DNA of 56,068 bases from Nemertoderma westbladi (lineage: Eukaryota > Animalia > Xenacoelomorpha). The notes beneath the pieces are model-generated. The model was not told the DNA's origin. It saw nothing but the letters and a program-made list of their open reading frames with translations, and searched no databases. The position numbers were made by a program, and so were the translations under genes. Below, piece by piece: positions 22,357 through 34,099 of the stretch. Location: positions 1 to 56,068 of the forward strand of contig JAUCBJ010005170.1 in assembly GCA_032718475.1 (NCBI GenBank), read 5' to 3'. Positions within the stretch are counted from its first letter, which is position 1, and each line of letters opens with the position of its first letter.

Positions 22357-24132
22357 ATGGAGAACATGCCATACCCTTTCGTTGATGCTCAGCTGATTGC
22401 TCCCTGGGCAGAAGGTCGAGGTTTCTTCCGCACCATGTATGCTAATACGTCTGGCAACATTACCAAGGTGCAACGAACTTCCATCGGACATCTTGCCTTT
22501 CAGGAATACGGATGGAATTTCAAAGTCGGAAATCCCATTAACTATCAACAGGTATACGGAGACCATTATTCTCGATTATACTTTGATGGACCATTGACCG
22601 CACCTGGCGCCGTGTATAGCTTCATGAGTGTTCCACTCCGTCCCTCCTTAGCTATATACACGATCTTTGAAAACACCGCACTTGCCGGTTGGCCTGCCGA
22701 TGTGTGCAGTCGTACTATACGCGCCCATCCATTAATACTTGGGACCAAACTCGCTAAGCTAGATGAACATAATAAATTCATCCGTTTCGAATGTTTCCGG
22801 CGATTTTTAACCCCGTTCCGCAACGTGGATAGCCAATTTAAAGACTGCGCTTTGACCAAACTCAGCCTAAGAAACTCAGCTGCAGAGAAGTTGGATAGCG
22901 CTGGATTCGCCATTTTCCAAGAGATTTGTATATCGAACTTGCACTCCTCAGTTATACAAAGACCTCGAATCCCCACCGGTTATTCTGTCGTGGAAATTCA
23001 GACAATAGGTCCACCTGAAGAGACAGACGCGCCCACTTCAGCTATGCACTTGGAAGACGAACCAATATGTCTAGAATCTGAAGAGATTCAGCCTATCGCG
23101 CCCCGGACCAGCGACAACGATTACATCATAGAATGGTATCAAGGCCCACAGTGTCTCACTGCGTACGATTATCGCCATGCCAACTATGTTTCTAGGCAAC
23201 GTTGTCGGTTATGCGCATCGAGAGACCACGATACGCCCATGGACACCAACGTCCGCTGTTCCTATTTCCAAGAACAACCGACTGTGGAAATTTATTGCGC
23301 ATATTGCAGACTCAATAACCTGCATATCTTTGCGGTTTGCCCTCAATTTATGACTCAATGTCACCATTGTCAACTAAAGGGACATGCTAGTTTCGACTGC
23401 CCTTTTAATCACGATTTGGAAAGCGTAGATGAAATGATCACACTGCGTTACATCAGAGCTTGGGAAGCGAACGCTGATTTACATTATGATTCGCGCCATC
23501 GCTATTATCCCGGACGCGCTTACGAAGGAGTTTATGCGTTCCATCCTTATCTATTCGCTTCTGTTGAACAGAAATCACGCATATCGAGTTACGAGCTACT
23601 GAAGCGCGTCGGAGAATGTATTTCAACTAAATTCGTACGCAAATTTCTCAGGAGTGTTAATCCTAGCGACCTTCATTCCTATAACTTAATCAATTATATC
23701 CGTCAGGATCCGGACTATGGAGACTTGTTTGTTAACTCACACCCCGAGTTGCAGGAAGTACATCGACGGCCTTACGAATACCGAGCCCGCGAACGCGAGT
23801 TGGAAAGGACCATTAAACCCCGGAAGTTTCTAACTGCCTATGGTCCACCCACGGCCCTCGTTCAGACCACTCGTAAAGGACCCGTAAGAGCGGCTGTCTT
23901 GAAACGAGCTCTCAAAGCCGTTAGACCCCTCTCACCTGACGTTGATGTCAATCAACCCAGTACTTCGACTGGCGGATACACCGACCATAATCCTACACCC
24001 TCTGATGCAATCATATTGCACCCTTCACCCAGGAGTTATAGCCCTCCTTGTAAAGTGGCTCGCCCCAAAGAGAAAGGGACTCTGGCTAGCTTTAAAAAAC
24101 TGCGTAAACGCCGTCCGCGCAAGAAAGACTAA
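22357..24132 (+). CDS. Accessory 591-aa Cys/His zinc-knuckle protein at the env position of the BEL/Pao element
   Basis: Uninterrupted 1776-nt ORF ending 78 bp before the 3' LTR. Motifs CRLCASRDH-x9-C, CAYCRLNNLHIFAVC and CHHCQLKGHASFDC (exact CX2CX4HX4C); basic tail KKLRKRRPRKKD. Confidence 0.8.
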   Translation: MENMPYPFVDAQLIAPWAEGRGFFRTMYANTSGNITKVQRTSIGHLAFQEYGWNFKVGNPINYQQVYGDHYSRLYFDGPLTAPGAVYSFMSVPLRPSLAIYTIFENTALAGWPADVCSRTIRAHPLILGTKLAKLDEHNKFIRFECFRRFLTPFRNVDSQFKDCALTKLSLRNSAAEKLDSAGFAIFQEICISNLHSSVIQRPRIPTGYSVVEIQTIGPPEETDAPTSAMHLEDEPICLESEEIQPIAPRTSDNDYIIEWYQGPQCLTAYDYRHANYVSRQRCRLCASRDHDTPMDTNVRCSYFQEQPTVEIYCAYCRLNNLHIFAVCPQFMTQCHHCQLKGHASFDCPFNHDLESVDEMITLRYIRAWEANADLHYDSRHRYYPGRAYEGVYAFHPYLFASVEQKSRISSYELLKRVGECISTKFVRKFLRSVNPSDLHSYNLINYIRQDPDYGDLFVNSHPELQEVHRRPYEYRARERELERTIKPRKFLTAYGPPTALVQTTRKGPVRAAVLKRALKAVRPLSPDVDVNQPSTSTGGYTDHNPTPSDAIILHPSPRSYSPPCKVARPKEKGTLASFKKLRKRRPRKKD

Positions 24133-24210
24133 CTGTTTAGAGTATTTACGTATATTAGAAACTGTGATTTTGTATATTTTATAGACTCAAATCCCATTTT
24201 CTGGGAGCGG

Positions 24211-25513
24211 TGTAAGAGCTTCTGTGGGATATAACTGGCCCCTTTGCTTCGCAATCCAGTTTCCCCCCAGGCGCTGGAATACTCTAAAAAGGTTCTCTAA
24301 CTGTATATATATTCCCCTCGCCCTCAAGGTACCGTTACAGGTGTTTTAACGGACATAAAAGTCATTTTGCTATATACATGTTTTAGCGGACATGGTAAGG
24401 CAAAAAACCTGCAATGCGACAAATACCTTTCATAGCTTAGCCGTGATGATTCATATTACGACATCTAACAGCTGGTTGCTGACATGGAAACAGCCATTGG
24501 ACGCATGGTTCTTTGTTTGGCTTGAGCCAATCAGAGCGATTTTTCCTGTCGACGTGTAGCTTTTCGGTCGATCATAGGGAGAGTGTTCAGTCTTACTTTT
24601 TTTTTCTTGATACTTTGTTGTTATTGCTGTCTAGGCCAGGAACAACGGCTCTAGAATCAATTCGTTTCATACTTTTAGAAGAAACATTAGTAGGCTAAAT
24701 TATAGAGCGTATGACTGTTATCAATTCAATTCAATCCAATTCAATCCAACTCAATTCATATATCAATGCATATCAAATCAAATCCATTCACAATACTTTG
24801 TTGTTATTGCTGTCTAATTATCGGTTCAACATACATTATTATACTGCTGTTTACTGTTGTGTTTTGGTTGAATATCATTTGGAGAACATATATAAAGAAC
24901 CCAAATTTCCCAATTTTCTTGATACACTACAGGTTAGAGAGACGGGTTATATATAGCGATTGCGACTTATATTGTTGTGGTTTGTAGTGAATTTAATGCT
25001 ATTTGATAAGCACTACATTGGTCCGTTGCTGTTCTCTTTATATATGATAAAATTCATTGACGGTCGGCAAATTAGTGAGCAGTATTGTGTGTTACCGGTA
25101 GTGTGCATGATTGTGATTGATAACTAAGCATTTCCTAAAGAATGCGCCTCATACGTGAATCTTAAGCCTTACCGACTTACCGTTGTGATTAGTATAAGTC
25201 ATATCTCGGTTTACTTAGATAGAGCGCCACGTCCTAAAGGAACTGTTAATATTTCCCGAAAGTAAATAATATTAGTCAGAAATTAATTATTAACGATCAA
25301 TCGAATAATACAATACAGTAAGCTTCACTGCAATAATAATTTAAGCCCTCAGAATCCAGTCTCCCGGGATTATCCAGCGGGTGAATGGACGCGCACTAGG
25401 CTGGCTTCTGCTAATGTTGTGTTTGTTGGTATTAAATATTTGTATATTTATAAACCAAAAGACATATAAATTTTGGCAGGTTAAACTGCTAAAGGTCTTC
25501 AAAAGCGCGTACA
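24211..25513 (+). repeat. 3' LTR of BEL/Pao element (1303 bp)
   Basis: Starts TGTAAGAGCTTC after the purine tract, ends GCGCGTACA, and is followed by CAGGG. Confidence 0.95.
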
Positions 25514-25619
25514 CAGGGTTGCCTGATAGTTACTAGAGGCCTAGACAACCTCCTTCTACTTCGGTAGTTGGTAACCCGCTAGGTCTGGGGACAAGGACTG
25601 CCCTTAGCGGTCCCTGGCC

Positions 25620-26150
25620 ATCAGTAGCGACTGAGCCTGAAAAGGACTCGGGCGTTGCTCGATGTGCTAGGGATTTGCGATGGGACCGACAGATCCTACG
25701 AGATTCCTGGTGCGTTGGCTGCGACTGAGCCTGAAAAGGACTCGGGCGGATGGTTTTCGCATTGGGGGCTTGTGAAGGATCAACTGACTGGACGGACAGG
25801 AAGGGTTCGACGAGGACTTCCTGGCGTGGGCTCCACGACTGGCATTAGTACGATCCTGAAAAGGACTCGGAAAGCTCCGATAGTTGTACCCCTTTCCTGA
25901 TTTCGGGAAGGGTGGGATGGACATGCGACAGGGTCGAAAGACAGAGGACTGGACTTTACTGGCATACTGACTATTTGGAGCGGGTTCTCGACTCCTATTG
26001 TGATTACGAGCCTGAAAAGGACTCGGAAAGCATAGGTAGTTGGGACCCTGTGATGAACCGACAGACCCCTAGCTAAGCCGTACTGCTTTCCTGGTGACCG
26101 ATCCCGTCAGGGTTTGGGAAGGGTGGGACGGACAAGCGAAGGATCGACTG
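25620..26150. repeat. GC-rich segment with dispersed short direct repeats (insertion-site flank)
   Basis: CCTGAAAAGGACTCGG four times (~25636, 25730, 25855, 26010). GGGAAGGGTGGGA(T/C)GGACA twice. Confidence 0.6.
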
Positions 26151-26699
26151 ACGCTGACACTACTGTACCAGGACTAGGATCGAGGGAAAATGGGGAACAT
26201 TAGTTAGGTCAAAATCTGAAAGTTAAGCGAACGGTTGGGTAATTAAATAATTTACTGTAGGAATTTCATATTGTGTATTATTGTGAATATTTGGTATATT
26301 GGTGTGGGGAAGCCCAAATTATTCTCAATCAGAGTTCAATGTTGAACAGAGTTCAATCAGAGTTCAAGTTACATTAAAGATTAATATCCAACCAATAAAA
26401 CTTTTCTCTACCCGCAATTCTGCATTTAAGATAAAGTCCTTCTCCACTCCCAATAACCGGTGACTGGCCGGAATATAGTGGTCTGAAAATTCCGCCTCCA
26501 GCATCGCCGTTTTCCCCCCTGGTGTAGGGAATAACGGCAACAATTGGTGTTTTAAAAGTAATATGTTTTAGGCGTGGAGGCGACCCAATTTGTAAGAAAT
26601 ATTAAAACTTACCTTATGGCGATGGTATTGATAATGAAATATGAATTTGCCATGTCAACACCTCAACGATCAACAACCTTTGGGAGATAAACAACAAGC

Positions 26700-27345
26700 A
26701 AGCTGAATTAGGCTTACAGTATTAGTCTGACTCCTTTCACTGCTGCAAGGTGAAGCCCTTTCCCTGCTTGGCACCCTCACCTCAACTGGGCTATGTGAGT
26801 CAGCTACATATTATGCCACAAACCTGAAACCAGACACAATAGACTGATAGAATAAATTCACCTTCACAACAAACTGGTCCACCAATTGTTAAATTATGTT
26901 CATGTTCTGGAATGAATATTTACGAATTTGTCTCGTTTTGATCACCATAAAGGGCTCTAAATGACAATAATGGTGATGGTTGATTGATTGGTTGTGTACT
27001 AATTGGGATAATGGTAATGGCATTGGTACCTGCGACAATACCCACACCAAGTGACATGTACAGCAAGAAGAGCTGGAAGTTCCTCTCACTTGCTCGCAGA
27101 GTTATTCTGGGGCAACTAGGTGAAACACTAGGCCTACCTTCCGACTCTCTCTCTGTTAGGACAAAATGGTATAAGTCACACAGAAACCTGAAACGCGGTG
27201 ACATGGTACTTGTTGCTGACAAAGAATTAATATGCCACCATTGGTTGACTGGTGTCATTGTCAATGTACACCATGTCATGATGGCTGGAGTCTTCAGGAC
27301 AATATCCAATAAGTTAAGACCATCAAAAACAATCTCCTTACGAGA
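26700..27345 (+). pseudogene. Decayed BEL/Pao integrase 3' fragment (different family from the full-length element)
   Basis: Translation SLSVRTKWYKSHRNLKRGDMVLVADKELICHHWLTGVIVNVH matches the Pao integrase C-terminal domain (compare LQLRTKW...GDMVLIVD...WQTGRI). Frameshifts and stops upstream; left edge approximate. Confidence 0.75.
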
Positions 27346-27828
27346 GTACGAGACCTGTCCGACAATCTCCTTATGAGAGTACAAGACCTGTCCTCCAATC
27401 TCCTTACGAGAGTACGAGACCTGTCTGGCAATCTCCTTATGAGAGTACGAGACCTGTCTGGCAATCTCCTTATGAGAGTACGAGACCTGTACAGCAATCT
27501 CCTTACTAGAGTACAAGAACTGTCTGGCAATCTCCTTACGAGAGTACGAGACCTGTCCGGCAATCTCCTTATGAGGGTACAAGAACTGTCCGGCAATCTC
27601 CTTACGAGAGTACGAGACCTGTCTGGTAATCTCCTTACGAGAGTACGAGACCTGTCCGGCAATCTCCTTACGAGAGTACGAGACCTGAATGGCAATCTCC
27701 TTACGAGAGTACGAGACCTGTCTGGCAATCTCCCTACAAGAGTACGAGACCTGTCCGGCAATCTGCTTACGAGAGTACGAGACCTGTCCGGCAATCTCCT
27801 TATGAGAGTACGAGACCTGTCCGGCAAT
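27330..27828. repeat. 33-bp minisatellite, about 15 copies
   Basis: Unit GGCAATCTCCTTACGAGAGTACGAGACCTGTC(T/C). Confidence 0.93.
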
Positions 27829-28906
27829 TAGACCTACTGGAAGAATGTCGATAAGAACATACAGATTATGTCATCCCAAAAAGGTCAAGTCTAATAAATA
27901 ATGAAGTCTAATAATTAAATAATAGTGACATAACTACATTAATAATCTGAAATGAAAATAAATACGTTGGACAAAATTTACTCCATTCTATAAATGCATT
28001 ATTGTTCATTGATTTGTAACTAAACTGGACGGTGTACTACAAATTGTATTGGATCAAGTTTTTCAAACTTAAAATTATTTGGAATCTAAAATTTAACGGG
28101 GTGCATTGTATCGGTGTTCAAATGGAACAGATCCTCAATTGAAGGATAACTTCGATATCTACAGGTTGTTCTATAAGTGCGCTTCCTGTATGCTGTATGC
28201 ACATCCAGAATGTCTCGATCCCGCATAGAGTGAACGATGAGGACCCTGAACCGATCTTAACTAGATGGAATCGTCACCGTTTTATTTGTTATAAAAAAAG
28301 AGGTGTGCCATTAACCAACCCACGAGTTCCTGAACCAATGTTTTGGACCAGATCGGGCCAAAGGATAGTGCTACTCTGCTAGCCCAAATTTCTGATGAGT
28401 TCATTCCTGCAGATGATAATACAGTATACTGATATGATATATATCAATATATAACAAGATATATATATATATCATGATATATAACAAGATATGACTACGA
28501 GCAGCAATGCACTATGCTGACCACGGCATGGTCGATTCCGCGGCATCGACCTAGACCTAGTATCACCTACAGCCACAAGCAGATTTCTATGTGGTATGCA
28601 GTATATACAACATAACATGCGGCCACTATGACTGCATGCCAGGTAGAGGTAATTATGAACAGTACAGAGTTCAATAGAAATATGCCAACGACTAGACGTG
28701 AAAGTGTTAAGATTGATTCTAAAACGGGCAGTGTTAAACTTCCGCTGACACTGGAGGACGGACACACCGACCACAGGAACTGGATTGACCCCACCCTCGA
28801 TACTAGATTAAAAGACTCACCAAGCCAGGCTGCGGCATTGTCAGTAACTAAAAAACCGATTTCAGGCACTTTGGGGGCTGAAACACCGACCATATCGACA
28901 CCCTTT

Positions 28907-31900
28907 TGTAGGGAAAAAGAAGGATCTAAGTCCATTTCTGTACAGAAAAACAATAGACTGATGTACTGTATACCAGTACGGTAAGTACTGCTGTACTAGA
29001 ACTAATTTGTGTTGGGGTTGATAATGGGCTACCGGTACCCTAGGCGGATTGCACTGATTGCAGTAATTGAGATTATTCTGAGTGCAGTTTAAGTTGTACG
29101 ATATCTTTAACATTGATAACTGGCATTAGACAACATTGTTTTCATCACAAGCTAACCGGGCATGGCGCCTAAACTATCGGATTATGTATCCAAATACGAT
29201 GGGAGCAGAGACCCGGTATCCTGGCTCGCCAACTTCAACGACAGATTCGATATCCTAAAGGAGGAGTCCAAATTGAAAGAAGAAAGTAGAGTGACCTTTG
29301 AGTCTGACAGGAGCTGCCCATGATGTAGTGAGCCAAATGAACGATGCGGATAAGAAGACATACGACCAAGTGAAACAACTGTTAATCGAAGCTTTTGCTG
29401 ACACTGCTTATTCGGCATATGAAAAGTTTAAAATACGAGTGCTGGGTTCAACCAAAAGCGCGGATACGTATTTGGTGGAGTTAAAATGATTGTTATCTCA
29501 AGTGAGTGAAGACACATCAAGCCAATGTGCTAGTGATATACTGGCCGTTCAATTTGCAAATGGGTTGCCAGAAAGTATTCGCGGTGAGGTGAAAGCAATG
29601 GCGGGAAGAATAGGAATAGACGAGTTGCTCGCACAGGCGCAGTGGATGTTGGTGGAGCAGCAGGTAGGTACCAGTATAGGCATTGAACGATTTGGTGCAG
29701 TTGGAATCCGGAGTGTCAACCAGAACTGGGGAGCAGGAAGTAGGCGAACTGCGGAAGTGGGATGGCGTTGATATAGGTGCGAGCAGCCAGGGCACTTTGC
29801 TCGCGATTGCCCAAGTGGGAGCCAAGGTTCAGATGCAAGTACACAGAGAGCTGATGGTGGGGCGAATGGAGCGGAGACTTGCTATCGATGCGGAGATCCT
29901 GGTCACATCGCAAGAGGATGCCGAGGAAGAAAGAGTAGAAACAATCTATGGGCAGCATGGGGAAACGGCAGCTGGGACAATGGCGGAGGTTATTCGGGAA
30001 ACGGGAGGCGGGGGCCATTGCAGCCAACGGACGGTTCCTCGCGCAACTAGATTGTGAAGTTCCAGTTGTTGGCATTCAGATTCAGGATGGGATGGGGAGG
30101 AGACATTGCGAAAAATCGTTGATTGACTCAGGATGTAGCAAATCATTGGTATCAGCTGATTAGTGTAGAACTCGAGACTTGCACATTAAATCGTACCGAG
30201 GGGGAAGCAAAAATATTATTATGTTGGATGGAGAAACAGAGACACGCATTATGGGAGAAGTTTCTCTGAACATCGAGGAGGTTGCTGGAATGGAGCAGCG
30301 CTTTACTTGGTCATTCTTGGTTATTGAGAAAATGCTAGGCGATGACACAATAATATTGGGGTATGATGCAATAAAGAAGATTGGTCCAGCTATATTGATT
30401 AAGACGTTGTTTGGGGAAACCAGGGATATAAAGGAACTGGTCAGAGCAGCAGCGAGCTTCATTTCTCCCAAAATTGCCAAACCATTCTCTAATCCGGTAA
30501 TCGAATTAGATGAGTCAGACTTTAGCGCTACCTACGATGCATATAAATGGGTTGCTGAGTGGAAGTGGAAGAACAACTCGGAGCCGATGCTGCGAAATAG
30601 AGCAACAGAGTACAAAATTTGTCCGGAACATCGGCGGATGTTCGAATCGGGGATGGAAGAGTGGGTACAGCAAGGTTGGATTGTACCATACGACCCAGAT
30701 AAACACAGTGTGGTGCGAGGTACTATTCCAATCATGTCTAAATATGAACCGAAGAAAGAAAGAGTCCGCCCCATATTGGATTAGAGAGAGTTGAACCAGC
30801 ATGTGGAAAACTCGCCAGGTCGCGAAGCGGCTGCCTGTAACGAAAAAATGCGTAAGTGGGGGAAGTATGGGAAATAAAACAGTGCTTTTAGACTTGAGAT
30901 GGGCCTATATGCAGGTAGGAATTACTGAAGCATTGAGACCCTTTCCAACCGTGGTATACCATGGGACTCGGTACTTGGTTACAATAATGGGGTTTGGGTT
31001 AGGACCAGCGCCCAAAATCATGGATAGAATAGTGGAGAAAGTGTTATCAAAGGATGTAGAAGTGAAGAAAGCAACTAACAACTTTAGAGATGACGTCTAC
31101 ATCGATACAGAACGCATTTCGACTGACAAAGTGCACGACCATCTGACTAAGTACGGACTGATGACTAAACCAGCGAAAAAATCGAGCATGTAAGCTGAGT
31201 ATTAGGACTCCACATAACAGAAGACCATACTGGTACGCTGCAGTAGAATCGCGACTCGGAGGTACCAACGGAAGTGTCGGATACGATAACTAGACAAGAA
31301 ATATATTCGCTGTGCGGGAAGTTGCGTTGTCACTATCCAATAGCAGGATGGATCAGGCCTGCATGGGCATGGATTCAGCGGTGCTGTGCAGAAACGGCAT
31401 GGGACAACGTCGTCGATGCGAAAGTTAGACAGATGGCTATGGAAATGTTGTAATGGTTAAAACTAGATGACCCAGCTACTGGAGAATGGGTAGTTAATCC
31501 AACTTCCAAGGGTATAGTGTGGACAGACGCAAGCTCCATTGCCAAGGGAGTACTTGTAGAGATCGAAGGAACTACAGTTGAAGATGCAGCATGGCTACGA
31601 AAAACAAATGGCACAAACCATATAAATGTTGCAGAGTTGGATGCAGCAATTGAAGGAATTAACCTCGCAATAGATTGGGGGATAAAAGAAATAGATTTAA
31701 TGGTAGATTCAATCAGCTGGCTCCATGCAGTGGTTACCAATTCCCATCGCATCAGAACAAAGGGACAATCGCGGAAATTAATAGCAAGACGGCTGGATAT
31801 AATCGCTAACACTATCCAACAATTTGACTTGAAGATCCACCCATGTCAAGTACCCACACATTTAAACAAAGCAGATGCGCTAACAAGAGTTCCGAAGAAT

Positions 31901-33334
31901 TGGTTAAAAATAGGCGATAGCGAACCAGATGGTATCGAAGAAAATCAAAGAAAACCTGTAGCAGCAGCTGTGGCAACAACGCAGGTCAAAGAAACAGTAG
32001 ATTCAGATCATCGAAAACGGATTACAGAAATTCACAACATATTCCATCCGGGTATCAAGAAAACATTGGAGATGTGTCGTTGTGACGTTGAACTGAAAGA
32101 AGTAATAGACAACAAATGGTGGAACAAATATGTTGGTAATGCCAGCAATGCAACAGCATAGATCCGAGTCCATTGAATTGGAAGACTGGGAGTACAAAGC
32201 AACAAAAGTGTGGAATCAGCTATCGATAGACTTCGTTGAATATGGAAATCGGCAGTATCTGTCAATAAAGGACTGTGCAACAAAGTATACCATAATACGT
32301 CGTGTAACCAACGAGAATGCTTGCAATGTGGTGCGAGAAATGCAGCAGATCTTCACAGAATTTGGTCCTCCAGACATAGTGATGGCTGACCACGGACCGG
32401 CATTCTGGAGCTACGAGTTCCAGAAATTCCTCAGTAAATGGGAAGTAAACATATCATACATATGTGCGTATCGACCACAGGGCAACCCGGTCGAACGGGT
32501 ACACCACACTATAAAAACGTGGGTGGCACGCTCGGGGAAAACGTTAGAACAGTCGACTTTCTGGTACAATCATACCACAAGTAGAGGAGAAGACGGTTCC
32601 CCCGCGGAATTGTGTTTCCAAGGGTTAGCGCAGAGACGTACCAAGCTACCGGGTATCACAACAGCAACAGGACAAACGAGCGCTGACATGACGAAGCCAC
32701 TACACAAGATACAGCCAGGAGACTGGGTCTATGTAAAACCTGGACAACATGTAAAATGCTGGAAGAAGTGGAGAGGCCCAGTTCGAGTCGAAACAGTAGA
32801 CAAGTGGGCGGTAGTTGTAAATGGAGTCAGAAGACACATGAATGACGTAAGAAAGACCTACCGACAAGAAGAGAAAGTAGTTGTTCACGAGACGACGCAC
32901 GATAATAATAGTGATAGCAGCAGGGAAGACAGTGAAGACTCAGTTATAGAATTGTCATCAAAGAAATTAACAAGACCACAGCGAACAGTACGCCCACCGA
33001 GATGATATATAGAGGAATGTTGAAGCCGACTGAAACAGTTTGAAACTGAAAGTAAAATATGATAAAGTTTTTATGAAAAAACTGTGGGAGATGTGGGGAA
33101 AAGGTAGGATCTAAGTCCATTTCTGGACGGAAAAACAATAGACTGATGTACTGTATACCGGTACGGTAAGTACTGCTGTTCTAGAACTTATTGGTGTTGG
33201 GGTTGATAACGGGCTACCGGTACCCTAGGCGGATTGCACTGATTGCAGTAATTGAGGTTATTCTGAGTGCAGTTTAAGTTGTACGATATCTTTAACATTG
33301 ATAACTGGCATTAGGCAACATTGTTTTCATCACA
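28907..33334 (+). mobile_element. Decayed Ty3/Gypsy LTR retrotransposon (4428 bp)
   Basis: 243-bp LTRs (28907-29149, 33092-33334; TGT...ACA; about 12 mismatches by eye), 5-bp target duplication CCTTT, purine tract GGGAGA, domain order gag-PR-RT-RH-IN. Confidence 0.92.
29162..33005 (+). pseudogene. Gypsy gag-pol with multiple frameshifts and stops
   Basis: Gag MAPKLSDYVSKYDGSRDPVSWL; knuckles CYRCEQPGHFARDC and CYRCGDPGHIARGC; protease LIDSGCSKSLV; RT RVRPILD, LLDLRWAYMQV, MGFGLGPAP, FRDD; RNase H WTDASS/HINVAEL; integrase LSIDF, ADHGPAF, GNPVERVHHTIK. Confidence 0.88.
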
Positions 33335-33344
33335 CCTTTGGCAA

Positions 33345-34095
33345 CATCCTTTGAGTTTATACTCATACGATCAGACATTTCCTGACGAATTTCAAAGTTA
33401 AATTTCAAAGTTGGTTTTCTTGGAGTTAACAAAAAGATCAAGACTAGAAGCAGCCTGTTCTAATGGGCTAAGGGGCCGTTGGGCTCCCTCTAGTGCTTCT
33501 GAGAATACTCCTAAGTCATCAGCAAAGTCTAGATCAGTTAGGTACTTGGCAGGATTTCCTCGACTTCTGGAGCCAGTAGGTGGAGTTATCATCACCCCAT
33601 CATCATTATGATGATCTAAGGACATGAGTAGAACATATTCAACCACAATTATGAATAAGAATGGCGCAAGTGTGTCTCCCTGGAGGATTCCACATAATAC
33701 TTCAAATGGTTCTGTGTCACCATCAACAGTAGACACAAATGTCATCGAACCATCGTATACTGACTAATCTGATTGGTGTAATAATTTCACCAGGAAACCC
33801 ATAACCCATTCTGATTTCCACGTAGCGATAGCAGTCACGCAATGGGATCCCTGATGCGATTTATAGAATTCTATTGTATAACTTTGCAGCAATCGAGATC
33901 AATGAGATTCCCCGAAAAGAACCATAGAGTGTTAGGTTGCCCTTCTTGGGAACTGGCACCAACTTATTTGTTTTCATTTCTTGTGTGACTCTTGTTGTTC
34001 GGTACATGTCTACTATGATGGGATAGATGAGCTTTAAACACTCAGGTATTTTAAAGACCTCAGAGGGAACACCATCTACTCTATTGGCACGCGAT
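33345..34095 (-). mobile_element. RTE-clade LINE RT fragment with an internal deletion
   Basis: GILQGDTLAPFLFIIVV, DLDFADDL, LVPVPKKGNL, FRGISLISIAAKLYNRIL. Confidence 0.85.
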
Positions 34096-34099
34096 GACA

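Larger units (their letters stand above)
7907..25513 (+). mobile_element. Full-length BEL/Pao LTR retrotransposon, 17,607 bp
   Basis: Near-identical LTRs with TGT...ACA ends, 5-bp target duplication CAGGG (7902-7906, 25514-25518), purine tract GGGAGCGG before the 3' LTR, and a Pao-type gag-PR-RT-RH-IN polyprotein. Confidence 0.96.

Noticed and set aside
22357-24132. env gene
   Set aside because: No visible signal peptide, TM anchor or fusion-protein pattern; it has zinc knuckles and a basic tail instead.
26920-27831. ORFs of 152-220 aa with 11-aa repeats
   Set aside because: Read-outs of the 33-bp minisatellite in several frames.
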